DNA from: Octopus bimaculoides
Taxonomy: Eukaryota
Direction: 5' to 3'
NCBI RefSeq assembly: GCF_001194135.2
Contig: NC_069003.1
Location: 24,094,281 to 24,158,280 of the forward strand
Length of the DNA stretch: 64,000 nt
Shown here in pieces: positions 13,996-26,658 of this stretch. Position 1 is the first letter of the stretch; each line of letters starts with the position of its first letter. The position numbers were made by a program, and so were the translations under genes. Under the pieces are notes generated by a model, which did no database searches, was not told the DNA's origin, and saw only the letters and a program-made list of their open reading frames with translations.

Positions 13996-16900
13996 GTAGG
14001 TAGGTAGGTAGGTAGAGAAGTTAACAGACAGACAGGTAGGTAGGTAGGTAGGTAGGTAGGTAGGTAGGTAAACAAGTAGATAGGTAGGTAGGTAGACAAG
14101 TTAACAGACAGATAGACAGATAGGCAGGTAGGTAGACAAGTAGATAGATAGATAGATAAAGTTTACAAGGCATCATTTTCACAAACGTGATGTATGGATG
14201 GTCTTTCTACGAACAGAAGCCTGCATTTGTATTGAGGAATGATTTGGCATGTTATCTAATCATTTCGCTGTTTTATGCATTACATGTACATAAACCGAAA
14301 GTTCGCTCCTCCTTCCCCACTTCTTAATTCTTATTAACATTGATTTCTAACATAGACACTGCGTAAATATATTCCTAATAGTTTAGAACTGTCCGACAAT
14401 AAGTATCGTAGCTAGTCTACCCTTATTCTTTAGCATCATTAAAATGACCGTAAAGACCCAATTTGGGGAATGGATTAAGTCGATTTCTCGATCTCAGTAT
14501 TTTAGTAGATTATTTTACAATTCGTCGAAAGCAATAGAATTTACCAGAATTTACCCCAGCTTCTTATGTTGTTGTTTTTTTTTTTTAATTATCTTTTCGG
14601 CATCGATAAAATAAATAGTTGCTGAATAGAGGGACGATGTAATAAATGTACTTTCAGATAGACTGTTGTCCGGGCTAAAAACTTTTTACTCATAAATTTG
14701 CTTGATAGGGGACCGACTGGAAGAAAACGATAACAAACCAAACCAACACAGCTTCGTAATAAAGTCGACATAAATACACAAAAGAAAATTTAAAATAAAA
14801 ACTACCTTTTGTGGGGGNNNNNNNNNNNNNNNNNNNNNNNNNNNNNNNNNNNNNNNNNNNNNNNNNNNNNNNNNNNNNNNNNNNNNNNNNNNNNNNNNNN
14901 NNNNNNNNNNNNNNNNNNNNNNNNNNNNNNNNNNNNNNNNNNNNNNNNNNNNNNNNNNNNNNNNNNNNNNNNNNNNNNNNNNNNNNNNNNNNNNNNNNNN
15001 NNNNNNNNNNNNNNNNNNNNNNNNNNNNNNNNNNNNNNNNNNNNNNNNNNNNNNNNNNNNNNNNNNNNNNNNNNNNNNNNNNNNNNNNNNNNNNNNNNNN
15101 NNNNNNNNNNNNNNNNNNNNNNNNNNNNNNNNNNNNNNNNNNNNNNNNNNNNNNNNNNNNNNNNNNNNNNNNNNNNNNNNNNNNNNNNNNNNNNNNNNNN
15201 NNNNNNNNNNNNNNNNNNNNNNNNNNNNNNNNNNNNNNNNNTATATATATATATATATATATTAATAGTAATATAGAAAAGTATCTCACTTCGTATTTAT
15301 CTATCAGTCACCGACTCGGTCGGATACACTGATAATTTTCCATCGCACGAAACTGTCACGGATCAGACGTACATCTACTCTTTCACCCCTCTCTTACTCT
15401 CTCTCTCTTCTCGCACTTTCTTTCTCTCTTACTCTCTTTTTCTTTCTCTTTCTTGTCGTTTCTCTTCCAGTCACTTCATTGTCAAATTCTAGGTCACTCT
15501 AACATAATGCTTCTACTTCTCTCTTTCTTCCTCTCTCTCTCACTCACTGCCTTTCAGTCTCTATAAGGGATACGCACCCATATATGCATACAAGCACGCA
15601 CTCAAAACGCACAGGCACACATATATAAACGAGCAGACACTCCCACGCACACACACGTACACAAACGTATACATATAAATACACAATCATAGACACACAA
15701 TCATTGAGCCAACAGGAAAACAAGAAAACCTGAATGCTGTCACTTTATCTGTGAGAAATAGCGACCGAATTCCCGCAGATCACAACACAAACACTATTCC
15801 TGAAAGAGATGAACGCAATGGACCGCGCAATCAGTTTATAATCTAGAAAAAGAGGAGTTAGTCATGGCTGGAACACACCTAGTCACGTTTCTGCTTGACC
15901 ACACCTAACCTGGCGCTTAATAGCAAGGGCACTAATACTATCTTACTCTTTTACTTGCTTCAGTCATTTGACTGTGGCCATGCTGGAGCACCGCCTTTAG
16001 TCGAGCAAATCGACCCCAGGACTTTTTTTTTTTTTTTGTAAGCCTAGTACTTATTTTATCGGCATCTTTTGCCGAACCCCTAGGTTACAGGGACGTAAAC
16101 ACACCAGCATCAGTTGTCAAGTGATGGTCGTGGGGGGACAAACAGATACACAAACACACACACACACACACACACANNNNNNNNNNNNNNNNNNNNNNNN
16201 NNNNNNNNNNNNNNNNNNNNNNNNNNNNNNNNNNNNNNNNNNNNNNNNNNNNNNNNNNNNNNNNNNNNNNNNNNNNNNNNNNNNNNNNNNNNNNNNNNNN
16301 NNNNNNNNNNNNNNNNNNNNNNNNNNNNNNNNNNNNNNNNNNNNNNNNNNNNNNNNNNNNNNNNNNNNNNNNNNNNNNNNNNNNNNNNNNNNNNNNNNNN
16401 NNNNNNNNNNNNNNNNNNNNNNNNNNNNNNNNNNNNNNNNNNNNNNNNNNNNNNNNNNNNNNNNNNNNNNNNNNNNNNNNNNNNNNNNNNNNNNNNNNNN
16501 NNNNNNNNNNNNNNNNNNNNNNNNNNNNNNNNNNNNNNNNNNNNNNNNNNNNNNNNNNNNNNNNNNNNNNNNNNNNNNNNNNNNNNNNNNNNNNNNNNNN
16601 NNNNNNNNNNNNNNNNNNNNNNNNNNNNNNNNNNNNNNNNNNNNNNNNNNNNNNNNNNNNNNNNNNNNNNNNNNNNNNNNNNNNNNNNNNNNNNNNNNNN
16701 NNNNNNNNNNNNNNNNNNNNNNNNNNNNNNNNNNNNNNNNNNNNNNNNNNNNNNNNNNNNNNNNNNNNNNNNNNNNNNNNNNNNNNNNNNNNNNNNNNNN
16801 NNNNNNNNNNNNNNNNNNNNNNNNNNNNNNNNNNNNNNNNNNNNNNNNNNNNNNNNNNNNNNNNNNNNNNNNNNNNNNNNNNNNNNNNNNNNNNNNNNNN

Positions 16901-17378
16901 NNNNNNNNNNNNNNNNNNNNNNNNNNNNNNNNNNNNNNNNNNNNNNNNNNNNNNNNNNNNNNNNNNNNNNNNNNNNNNNNNNNNNATATATATATAATTG
17001 AGGGCACAGAGCCTTTTGTGCCTGTATGCTGAAGATAGACGCTAAATCCGTCTAACCACTCCAGATCATTTTTATATCAATTTAAAAAATTGATGTAACG
17101 ATTGCATTGTTCAATTAAATGGAGCCGCTTGAAACGGTCGTATTGCATCGCTTCTTGATATCCTGTTGCTTATTTTGATTATATTCACATTACTTCGAGC
17201 TGTGCGGATAATACCGGACAGACTTGGTGCTTCAACTTAAGTACCTAATTCAACTGAATCTCAATTGTCGCCGTTCTATGTTTTTTAATGTCACACATGC
17301 ACATTGTTTGTTTTTGATTTTGTTGACTACACAGTACGGTAGGGTCAGTTGGGCACCGTCTCTGAGAAAACCAGCACC

Positions 17379-17669
17379 ATGACGCAATTCACTCTGCCAG
17401 AAATGTTGAAATGAGATGCTGTACTGCTTGGCATTCATACCGGAAGCTCCGATACGAACATTTCAGAATGTTTGGGTGTCAATCTGAATTCAGTGTAGAG
17501 GATTCAGATAGAGTTGGATGAGTCTAATGGGGATTACAAAGGTACAGCAGCTCGGTAAACTCACTCTGATTGTTCTGATGAGAAAAGAACTCCTAAATTT
17601 GCTGGTGAGATCCAGACCATGATTGATAACAATCCCTCCAAGTCAACCAGGTCTATCACCAGGGACATG
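17379..17669 (+). mobile_element. Decayed maT transposase N-terminal fragment
   Basis: MTQFTLPEMLK*DAVLLGI...RTPKFAGEIQTMIDNNPSKSTRSITRDM aligns with the N-terminus of the 57674 ORF (RTPKF...IDEN...SMR); several stops. Confidence 0.75.
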
Positions 17670-17672
17670 TGT

Positions 17673-17710
<38 letters not shown>

Positions 17711-17928
17711 CGCGCACACGCATGTGCATGTGAGTGTATGCGTGTGTGTCTGCATTCATGTATTTAATAGAATAAAATTATAAAAGTATAAAGAAGCAAA
17801 AAACTGCTATCAGGTCAGCTTATGACATTTATACATTCATACGTTGACACATCATAAGAGTAGAATTGAATGTTATGGAAGTTTACATCATAAAAGGTCA
17901 GTTCAGTTCAGTTAAGGAATGTCCATAC

Positions 17929-18147
17929 TGGTTATGGTAAATTCTAGTATTTTCCCACAAAAATTATACAGTTAAATCCAAAACTGTTCAACGAGAACAC
18001 CAACATTATGAAGATTCCTCAACCATTTTTCAGTGATCTTTTGCGATTTAAACTTCTCTAACATTCCCTCTTCTCCTAAGTGTATCAAATATGTAGTGAA
18101 ACTACCTCCCGCCATTAGATACAAATATAAAAATACTCTGATCTGAC
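17929..18147 (-). pseudogene. Candidate SAM-like N-terminal exon with one in-frame TAA
   Basis: tttcag|gt acceptor; ATG at 18115; MAGGSFTTYLIHLGEEGMLEKFKSQKITEKWLRNLHNVGVLVEQFWI*LYNFCGKILEFTIT; donor acca|gtatgg in phase 1, matching the phase-1 acceptor of the Walker A exon. SAM assignment is from residue spacing by eye. Confidence 0.5.
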
Positions 18148-18789
18148 CTGAAATCACAGTTGATTGCCTGTTTCTATTTTTATTCTATTATGCACATAGT
18201 TGCTGAAGTGAAACACTGTCTATATAGCTAAATTTCATTATGCAATATGATATCCCTGCATGTTTTCAGTTGCAGTTTAAGTTGGAGATTTAAGCAGGAA
18301 GTCAACCAGAACATTAGTTGTAGGTATCTATAAAATTACGTCATTAGAAACAATATCATCTGATCACCCGAATCATACACACACACACTTATAGATATGT
18401 ATGTGTGTGTATATATGTATATACATACATTATAATATAAATAGGGGTAGGAGTGGCTGTGTGGTAAGAAGCTTGCTTACCAACCACATGGTTCTGGGTT
18501 CATTCCCACTGCATAGCACATTAGGCAAGTGTCTTCTACTATAGCCTCGGGTCAACCAAAGCCTTGTGAGAGGATTTGGTAGACGGAAACTGAAAGAAGC
18601 CTGTTGTATATATGTATGTATATATGTGGCTTGTGTGTTTTCTGTACTCTGGTTATTATTATTTTCTTGTCTACGTTTTGTTTGCAATGTCCTGTACCCA
18701 GATATGTACCTATATATACAGGTAGACGTAGGTATGCACATACCTGTACGTATATATGCATTTTCTCATTTATTATTTGTGTTATATGT

Positions 18790-18832
<43 letters not shown>

Positions 18833-18842
18833 NNNNNNNNNN

Positions 18843-18888
<46 letters not shown>

Positions 18889-18889
18889 A

Positions 18890-19095
18890 TGGTAAAGAAC
18901 AAATCAAGCTCCGATTAGGGAGCAAATATTTAAGAGAAAGTGGAAGTGGATTGGTAGCACAATTAGAACGGACACACCAAATGCAGCGAAAAGTGCTTTA
19001 CAGTGGAATCCGGATGGATATAGAAAGAGGGGTACGCCTAAGAACTCGTGGCGTAGATCAACACAGAAGGAACTAGAGACAGAAAATTTCTGCAT
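18890..19095 (+). mobile_element. RTE-clade LINE 3' fragment, same family as 35964-36355
   Basis: REQIFKRKWKWIGSTIR...ALQWNPDGYRKRG. Confidence 0.8.
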
Positions 19096-19528
19096 TTAGC
19101 AGAGCGATGTTAACTTTAAGGTTGTACTGTGTGAAATTTATAGTTTAGCATCTGTGACATGATCCGTTCATTGCAGGTTTCTAAATAAACAGAAATATCT
19201 AATAAAATCAACATGTATTATCTTATGGTTTCTTTTGTTTCTTCATTGATTGTATGTTTTCCTTTTTCTTTTAAATTTGTTATATTAATATATATGTCTG
19301 CATGTGTTTACTTTATGTATACTTCAGTATTATGTATACCTGACATGTATTTGTGTATATCATTAATATATAAGTGCATGTGGATGTATGCATTCATATA
19401 TAAGTTTATATGTACATTTATGCATTCAGGTGTGCGCGTGTGTGTGAAGGGGGCATCTGTCTTCAAAATTCCAAAGTTGAGTAACGTTTTCATGCTTGGA
19501 TTTATAAACTACGATAAAAATAACATAA

Positions 19529-19736
19529 GGCGGTGAGCTGACAGAAACGTTAGCACGCCGGGCGAAATGCTTAGCGGTATTTCGTCTGCCGCTACGTTCT
19601 GAGTTCAAATTCCGCCGAGGTTGATTTTGCCTTTCATCCTTTCGGGGTCGATAAATTAAGTACCAGTTGCGCACTGGGGTCGATCTAATCGACTTAATCC
19701 CCTTGTTTGGCCCCTTGTGGGTAATAAAGAAATAAG
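19529..19736 (+). mobile_element. tRNA-derived SINE family (GGCGGTGAGCTGGCAGAA... head); copies also at 30747, 35672, 40431, 42040, 52770
   Basis: B box GAGTTCAAATTCC; conserved GCCTTTCATCCTTTCGGGGTCGATAAA block; 10-bp TSD aataacataa. Confidence 0.85.
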
Positions 19737-20113
19737 AATAACATAAATGAAATGAACAATATGTAAAAATACTAACACACAGAAGCACAGGAAAATGTCA
19801 TATACTAACACAGAGAAAAATTAAAACAAAACACGCGGCTGGAGTAATTGGTTGTTTGTAATCAAAATTCAGAGTTGCATCAATACGCCAAAATAGAAAG
19901 GAATCTGCGTAAAATTAAGAGGAGGGGCTCATTTTGCGAATGAGAAAGAGTAGAGCCTGAATTTTTATAACTGGATATTTCTTTATGAGCAATGTTTATT
20001 TTTTTTTTCTCTCCTGTAAGAAGATTTTGGTCCCTAAATAGTTAATAGTCATTTAGTCGTCATCATTGTTTTAACATGCAGTCAAGGGTGACTGAAAATC
20101 GTTGACGGAGAAA

Positions 20114-20507
20114 TGTTGTTGTTGGCACTCCGTCGCTTACGACGTCGAGGGTTCCAGTTGATCCGACGATCAACGGAACAGCCTGCTCGTGAAATTAACG
20201 TGCAAGTGGCTGAGTACTCCACAGACACGTGTACCCTTAACGTAGTTCTCGGGGATATTCAGCGTGACACAGTGTGTGACAAGGCTGACCCTTTGAATTA
20301 CAGGCACAACAGAAACAGGAAGTAAGAGTGAGAGAAAGTTGTGGTGAAAGAGTACAGCAGGGTTCACCACCATCCCCTGCCGGAGCCTCGTGGAGCTTTT
20401 AGGTGTTTTCGCTGAATAAACACTCACAACGCCCGGTCTGGGAATCGAAACCGCGATCCTATGGTCGTGTGTCCGCTGCCCTAACCACTGGGCCATTGCG
20501 CCTCCAC
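20114..20507 (-). mobile_element. tRNA-derived SINE family (head GGAGGCGCAATGGCCCAGTGGTTAGGG); other copies 25711-26030, 49305-49689
   Basis: A and B boxes; near-identical copies; 11-bp TSD tatgaacatgt at the 49305 copy. Confidence 0.88.
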
Positions 20508-21084
20508 AACGGAAAAAAAATGTGATAGTTTTGGAAGTTAGTCGTGTAATCGAGCTAAGGGAGATAACTATGAACACATTTACAACCTCCCTTGCAATGC
20601 ATGTATATGTAGAGATGTGTGTGTGTCCGGAGTCAGTATGTCTGACTGGCTGTTTAGCTGTGTGTATGTGTTTGCATCTGTGCTTCTCTTTTACTTGTTT
20701 CAAGTCATTTTGACTGCGGCCATGCTGGAGCACTGCCTTTAGTCGAGCAAACCGACCCCAGGACTTATTCTTCGTAAGCCTAGTACTTATTCTATCGGTG
20801 TCTTTTGCCGAACCGCTAAGTTACGGGGACGTAAACAGAGACTTCCTATGAGTGTAATGAGTCTAGGGGTGGGGAAAGGTAGTGACTTGTAAAATTTGGG
20901 TATATGCAGGGTGTAGGGACAACAGGATAGCAATGATAGAGTGAGGAGGGTAGGATAGGGTAGCAGGATAAGCATAGTGCATGAAAAGAGGAAATGTGAG
21001 GAAGAGGAGAGATGTAGTTTGGTTTGTTGGGGGAGGGAGAAGTTTTATTGTTGTTACATGAGGGTAGGACCCACAGCACTTCTA

Positions 21085-21475
21085 GAATTCAGTTTCGGTG
21101 AAGTGGGCAGGCTTTCTCAAGATCTTCATAATGCCAGACATCTCAGTCCGTTGTCATCTCCTCCATGAAGCACAACATCCTGAGATCAGTCCTCACTACT
21201 TCGTCCCATGTCTCCCTGGGTTTCCCCCTCTTCCACAGATGCCATCCACTCTCAGTAACTAGCGCTTTTTTATACAGCCGTCTTCATTCATATGCATCAC
21301 ATGTCCAAACCAACATAGTCTTGCTGTATCTGATTCCTCTTATGCCCAACTTTACTCTCAACACATTTGAACCCTGTCTTACACTGATGTTGCTCATCCA
21401 ACAGAGCATACTACCTTCATTCCTCTCTAGACTACACATTTTCTGCATCCAGAGTCCAGGTCTCGCTACCATGGA
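21085..21475 (-). mobile_element. RTE-clade LINE 3' fragment, second family (related pieces 27810-28010 -, 29190-29285 +)
   Basis: SMLCWMSNI...KLGIRGIR...CGRGKPRETWDEVVRTDL. Confidence 0.78.
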
Positions 21476-21914
21476 GTATAGCCATATATATATATATANN
21501 NNNNNNNNNNNNNNNNNNNNNNNNNNNNNNNNNNNNNNNNNNNNNNNNNNNNNNNNNNNNNNNNNNNNNNNNNNNNNNNNNNNNNNNNNNNNNNNNNNNN
21601 NNNNNNNNNNNNNNNNNNNNNNNNNNNNNNNNNNNNNNNNNNNNNNNNNNNNNNNNNNNNNNNNNNNNNNNNNNNNNNNNNNNNNNNNNNTATGATAATT
21701 AATTAATAAATTAATTTGTATCCATTAGATCTCTCTGCTTTCTAACTCCATAATAATGTTTGATATTTCACAATATTTTATATATATTTATTAATGAATT
21801 ATCTCTTCAAAATATAATATACTAAACCAGTGTATCTTGGATTAATATCCCTATAAGAGGTTTAAATAACCTCATCGTGACTATATATACATATATATAT
21901 ATATACACATACAT

Positions 21915-22235
21915 GGGGTGGGAAAGCAAAACTTGAAAATAATATATAAGTTACTAAATTGTTTATATCACAACCAGCAACCTAACAGAAATATAATTTT
22001 AACACAAGTACATAGAGGTATAAAAAGATAATTTATTCAATATGTCCACCACAGCCTTCACATGCCACCTGAAGGCATTACAACTTACCATGATGAAGTA
22101 CTCAGACATGTTGTCCCATTCTTTCCTTAGGATTTGCTTAAAATGATCAAAACTTGAATGCAAAGTTCTGTTGGTCGAGTGATCCTATTTTCTCCATATG
22201 GCATAGTCCAGGGAGTTCAAGTCTGGGCTGGAAGA
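21915..22235 (-). mobile_element. Decayed maT-like transposase 3' part
   Basis: SSPDLNSLDYAIW motif followed by C-terminal remnant. Confidence 0.7.
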
Positions 22236-22239
22236 AAGC

Positions 22240-22755
22240 TAGAAGTTAATCTAAATATTCCATCAGCATAAAATCTGACTGGTTTTGAAGAAACAAAGTT
22301 TTCTAGATGCATTCTGACTCCGGCTGAATTCTTAAATGTTTTTCCTTGCAATGAATTCTGTAGAGACAAAAACAAGTGGTATTCAGATGACACAATATCA
22401 GGAGAGTATGGCGGATGGTGTAATAGATCTCAGCCAAGTTCATGTAACTTTGTTCAGGTAGCCAAAGACACACACATGGTCAACCATAGTCTTATTGGAA
22501 CACTACCCCTGTCCTGATGGCAATCTCTGGCATCAGTTCTTTGATATTTTTGGTTCAAATTAGCCAGCTGACGACAGTATACATCAGAATTAATGATCTG
22601 GTTTTGGGGGAGAGGCTCACAATAAATAATGCCTTTATGATCCCATCAAACACAAAGCATAGCGTTTTTGGCATGGATATTTGTATTTGGTTGCTATTTT
22701 GGAATCTTTTTCACACTACATTTTCAAACACAATCCATTTTTCATCTCCAGTCAA
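22240..22755 (-). mobile_element. Decayed mariner (DD34D-type) transposase
   Basis: TGDEKW, WDHKGIIY, HPPYSPD...YHLF motifs across frameshifts and stops. Confidence 0.85.
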
Positions 22756-23054
22756 AAGTTATTTAAAAAAAAGGCATGCTTTCATTCCATTTCAAAAGCA
22801 TATCACAAACGGAATACCAGTCCAAGCATGACCACATCCTAATGACTGAAACAAGTAAAAGTTAGTTTATCAAAAACTACATTTTGCAAAGTCTCCATTA
22901 AGCTTTGAATAACGTATAACGTTATTTGTGCAAGGGAGATTTACCTACCATTTCTAGCAGGTCAAGGTTTCCTAGTTGACCTCTGCTATTATGAAGTCAA
23001 TCATACCAAAAATGTCAAATCATAGACCATCCTTTATTCTACAATCTTTAATTG

Positions 23055-23354
23055 TTATTGAAAGTCAACTTCATGTGAATTAGATCTCAGTCCGCAGAGT
23101 TTATGAATATAATTCTCTTGAGAACAATTAAAATAATGCCTGTAGGTCATACAATATTGACAAAGAAAAGGGATTGAGTCCATGAGCAGTCCAGCTCTTT
23201 CTTCATGTTGGCTGAGTTTATCAAGCAGGAGTATTTTCAAGGACTGGTACTTGGCAATAGCATTGGAATATCGTAGCTTCTGTTTTTCAGTTACACTTTG
23301 TTTCAATAGTTGTCTTAGATGGTTCAAAATATTCTCCAAATGAATCATCTGGTT
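23055..23354 (-). CDS. Paralog B terminal exon
   Basis: atttctag|aac; ...YSNAIAKYQSLK...FLCQYCMTYRHYFNCSQENYIHKLCGLRS...TAA. Confidence 0.9.
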   Translation of the reverse strand, partial: NQMIHLENILNHLRQLLKQSVTEKQKLRYSNAIAKYQSLKILLLDKLSQHEERAGLLMDSIPFLCQYCMTYRHYFNCSQENYIHKLCGLRSNSHEVDFQ

Positions 23355-23797
23355 CTAGAAATAAAAAAAATTAAAAAATTAAGAAAGAATAAAAAGTTTT
23401 GAATGGTACAACAATGCACTATAATACAAAAAAAAAAAATGGACTATATACTCATTGTATTTTAGTTATCTATAGTCCGATGATATTTCGGAATACAATT
23501 CCTTCTTCAGATCTTAGATGGAGTCTCTGCTATAAACTGTTTACCAACAGTCTTTTTTTTGTTTTTTCTTGAAGTGACACAGTAGTGGTCTCACGAAGCT
23601 CCTTTGTTTTCTGTTTTCGTTTCTCATTCTGTCCACGTTTCTTTTTTTATGGCCTGTACCCATATATGCATGTATGTATACATATAGATGTAGGTATGTA
23701 CATATATGTATGGATATATGCATATATTTATATATTATTTATATTATTATATGATCGAATGCCACGCATCTTTCTCCAAGTAAGTTTTATCTATCTA

Positions 23798-23840
<43 letters not shown>

Positions 23841-23928
23841 GAGAATATACAAAAAATAACAACAGACGAGGACAGGTGGTGTAAATAACAAAAGTATATA
23901 TTAGTATGACGCTCGGGAATACGGAAAG

Positions 23929-23965
23929 TCTTTGACGTTTCGAGCTACGCTCTTCAACAGAAAGA
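23929..23965 (-). ncRNA. Variant minimal hammerhead motif, second family
   Basis: UCUUU-CUGUUGA-A-GAGC(GUA)GCUC-GAAA-C-GUC-AAAGA; core has A6>U; degenerate relative at 50797-50834 (+). Confidence 0.55.
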
Positions 23966-24169
23966 ATACGGAGACAAGGAGAAAAACACGGAGAAAAAAA
24001 ATTGAAAAAAATACACACACACACACATATGTCCATCTAAATGTCCACCTACCTCTGTATCAATCATCCATCTATTCATGTACCGTTTATATTTCAGTCA
24101 ATCTTATTTTTCATCAAACTAATTAATCTCTATCAATGACATCAGCAACAAGCTATTAATCACTCGTAC

Positions 24170-24434
24170 CTGTGGATCTTCCAAACTGAGATAAATCAGG
24201 TGTTCAAAAGCCATTGAGAAAATCTCAACCTCTGATACGCTGCTCAAAAGATTGTCACTGTTAACATCCAATATGGACTTGAAATACTTCTTGGCGTTAT
24301 CAAATTCCTCTTTCAGCAGATAGCAGTGTGCAATCAGTTGGAGGACCTTTATCTTTCCGATGTAGTTTGGGTTTATGTAGTCGTAGATGGCCAAAGCCTC
24401 ATGCAATGTTGTCAGACTCTCGGAGATTTGACAC
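24170..24434 (-). CDS. Paralog B exon equivalent to A exon 9
   Basis: ttattccag|g ... cag|gtacga; CQISESLTTLHEALAIY...EEFDNAKKYF...FEHLIYLSLEDPQ; 265 nt. Confidence 0.9.
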
Positions 24435-24524
24435 CTGGAATAAGAAGATGGCAGTGGTGCTTTCATGGGGAAATTCAGTCAGAAGAGGCAGTGGTGGTGA
24501 TTGTGGCAATGGTGATAGTGATAA

Positions 24525-24558
<34 letters not shown>

Positions 24559-24933
24559 GATAATGATGGTGGTGGTGGTGGTGGTGGTAGTGGTGAGATA
24601 AAAGGGGGATGAAAGTAATGATATAAGGCATGTGGCTTAGTGGTTAGGGATTTTTGGTTCGGGGCTATAAAGGTTGTGAGTTTGATTCCTGGAAGTGTGT
24701 CGTATGCTTGAGGAAAACCCTTTTTTTTTTCATTTTGCTCCTGTCCAAAGAAGCACCTGTAATTCAAAGGGCTAGCCTTGTCATATTCTATGTCATGCAG
24801 GATATCTCTGAGAACTACATTAAGGGTACACTTGTCTATGGAGTGCTCAGCCACTTACATGCTAATTCCATGGGTCGGCTGTTCCACTGATTGGTTCAAC
24901 TGGAACACTTGTCATTGTAATCAATGGAGTGCC

Positions 24934-24965
<32 letters not shown>

Positions 24966-24969
<4 letters not shown>

Positions 24970-25320
24970 TCATCATCATCATCATCATCATCATCGTTTA
25001 ACGTCCGCTTTCCATGCTAGCATGGGTTGGACAATTTGACTGAGGACTGGTGAACCAGAAGGCTGCACCAGGCACCAATCTGATCTGGCAGAGTTTCTAC
25101 AGCTGGATGCCCTTCTTAACACCAACCACTCCGAGAGTGTAGTGGGTTCTTTTATGTGCCACTGGGACGAGGGCCAGTCACGTGGTACTGGCAAAGGCCA
25201 CGCTCAAAATGGTGTTTTTTTTACGTGCCACCTGCACAGGAGCCAGTCCAGCGGCACTGGCAATGACCTCGCTCAAATGTTTTTTTTTTCATGTGCCACT
25301 GGCACAAGTACCAGTAAGGC
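24966..25320 (-). mobile_element. SINE-like repeat with AGGAAGGGCATCCAGCTG block and (GAT)n tail; copies at 27350, 28160, 29290, 29560, 39140, 47260
   Basis: Repeated GAGTGGTTGG..TTAGGAAGGGCATCCAGC...GCATGGAAAGCGGACGTTAAACGATGATGAT. Confidence 0.8.
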
Positions 25321-26658
25321 AACATATGTGCATGTGAGTGTGTATATATATATATATATATATATNNNNNNNNNNNNNNNNNNNNNNNNNNNNNNNNNNN
25401 NNNNNNNNNNNNNNNNNNNNNNNNNNNNNNNNNNNNNNNNNNNNNNNNNNNNNNNNNNNNNNNNNNNNNNNNNNNNNNNNNNNNNNNNNNNNNNNNNNNN
25501 NNNNNNNNNNNNNNNNNNNNNNNNNNNNNNNNNNNNNNNNNNNNNNNNNNNNNNNNNNNNNNNNNNNNNNNNNNNNNNNNNNNNNNNNNNNNNNNNNNNN
25601 NNNNNNNNNNNNNNNNNNNNNNNNNNNNNNNNNNNNNNNNNNNNNNNNNNNNNNNNNNNNNNNNNNNNNNNNNNNNNNNNNNNNNNNNNNNNNNNNNNNN
25701 NNNNNNNNNNTGTTCGTGAAATTAATGTGCAAGTGGCTGAGCACTCCACAGACACGGGTACCCTTAACGTAGTTCTCGGGGATATTCAGCGTGACACAGT
25801 GTGACAAGGCTGACCCTTTGAATTACAGGTACAACAGAAACAGGAAGTAAGAGTGAGAGAAAGTTGTGGTGAAAGAGTACAGCAGGGTTTGCCACCATCC
25901 CCTGTCGGAGCCTCGTGGAGCTTTAGGTGTTTTCGCTCAATAAACACTCAGAACGCTCGGTCTGGGAATCGAAACCGCGATCCTATGACCGCAAGTCCAT
26001 TGCCCTAACCACTGGGCCATTGCGCCTCCACTATATATAGAATAGTACATACAAAATGGGGACAAAATAGTATTAGAGTAGTGGGTTTTGAGGTAAAAGA
26101 GAGATGAACATAATATTAAATTTAGAGAATTCATGGTTGGCCCATGAAACAGTGTAGTGAAATAAACAAACTTTTTGATCAGTTCAAATGACTTTAATGT
26201 TTAAACCGTTTATCTAAAGCTAACATATTTTTTTGCCTCCATAGCAAACTACTGAAAATGGTCTTTTAATAGCTCAAATATGTCCTAGATATATTTGAAC
26301 TGATGGAGAAGTTTTTTTTATATATAAAGAATATTAATGTTTTAATTAATCAATTAATTAATTAATAGCACACAGTTGGTTACAGTGATGTTAGTGCAAG
26401 TTGATCCAATCAACAGAACAGCCTGCTTGTGAAATTAATGTGCAAATGGTTGAATACTCCACAGTCATGTTTACTCTTAATGTAGTTCTCTGGGAGATTC
26501 AGCATGACACAAAATGTGACAGGCTCTTTGAATTACAGGCATGACTTATTTATGCCAGGTGAGTGGACTGGAGCAATGTGAAATAAAGAGACTTGCTCAA
26601 GAACACAATGCACCCTCTGGATTTGAATTTATGGCCTAGCTATTTTTCACAGAATATA

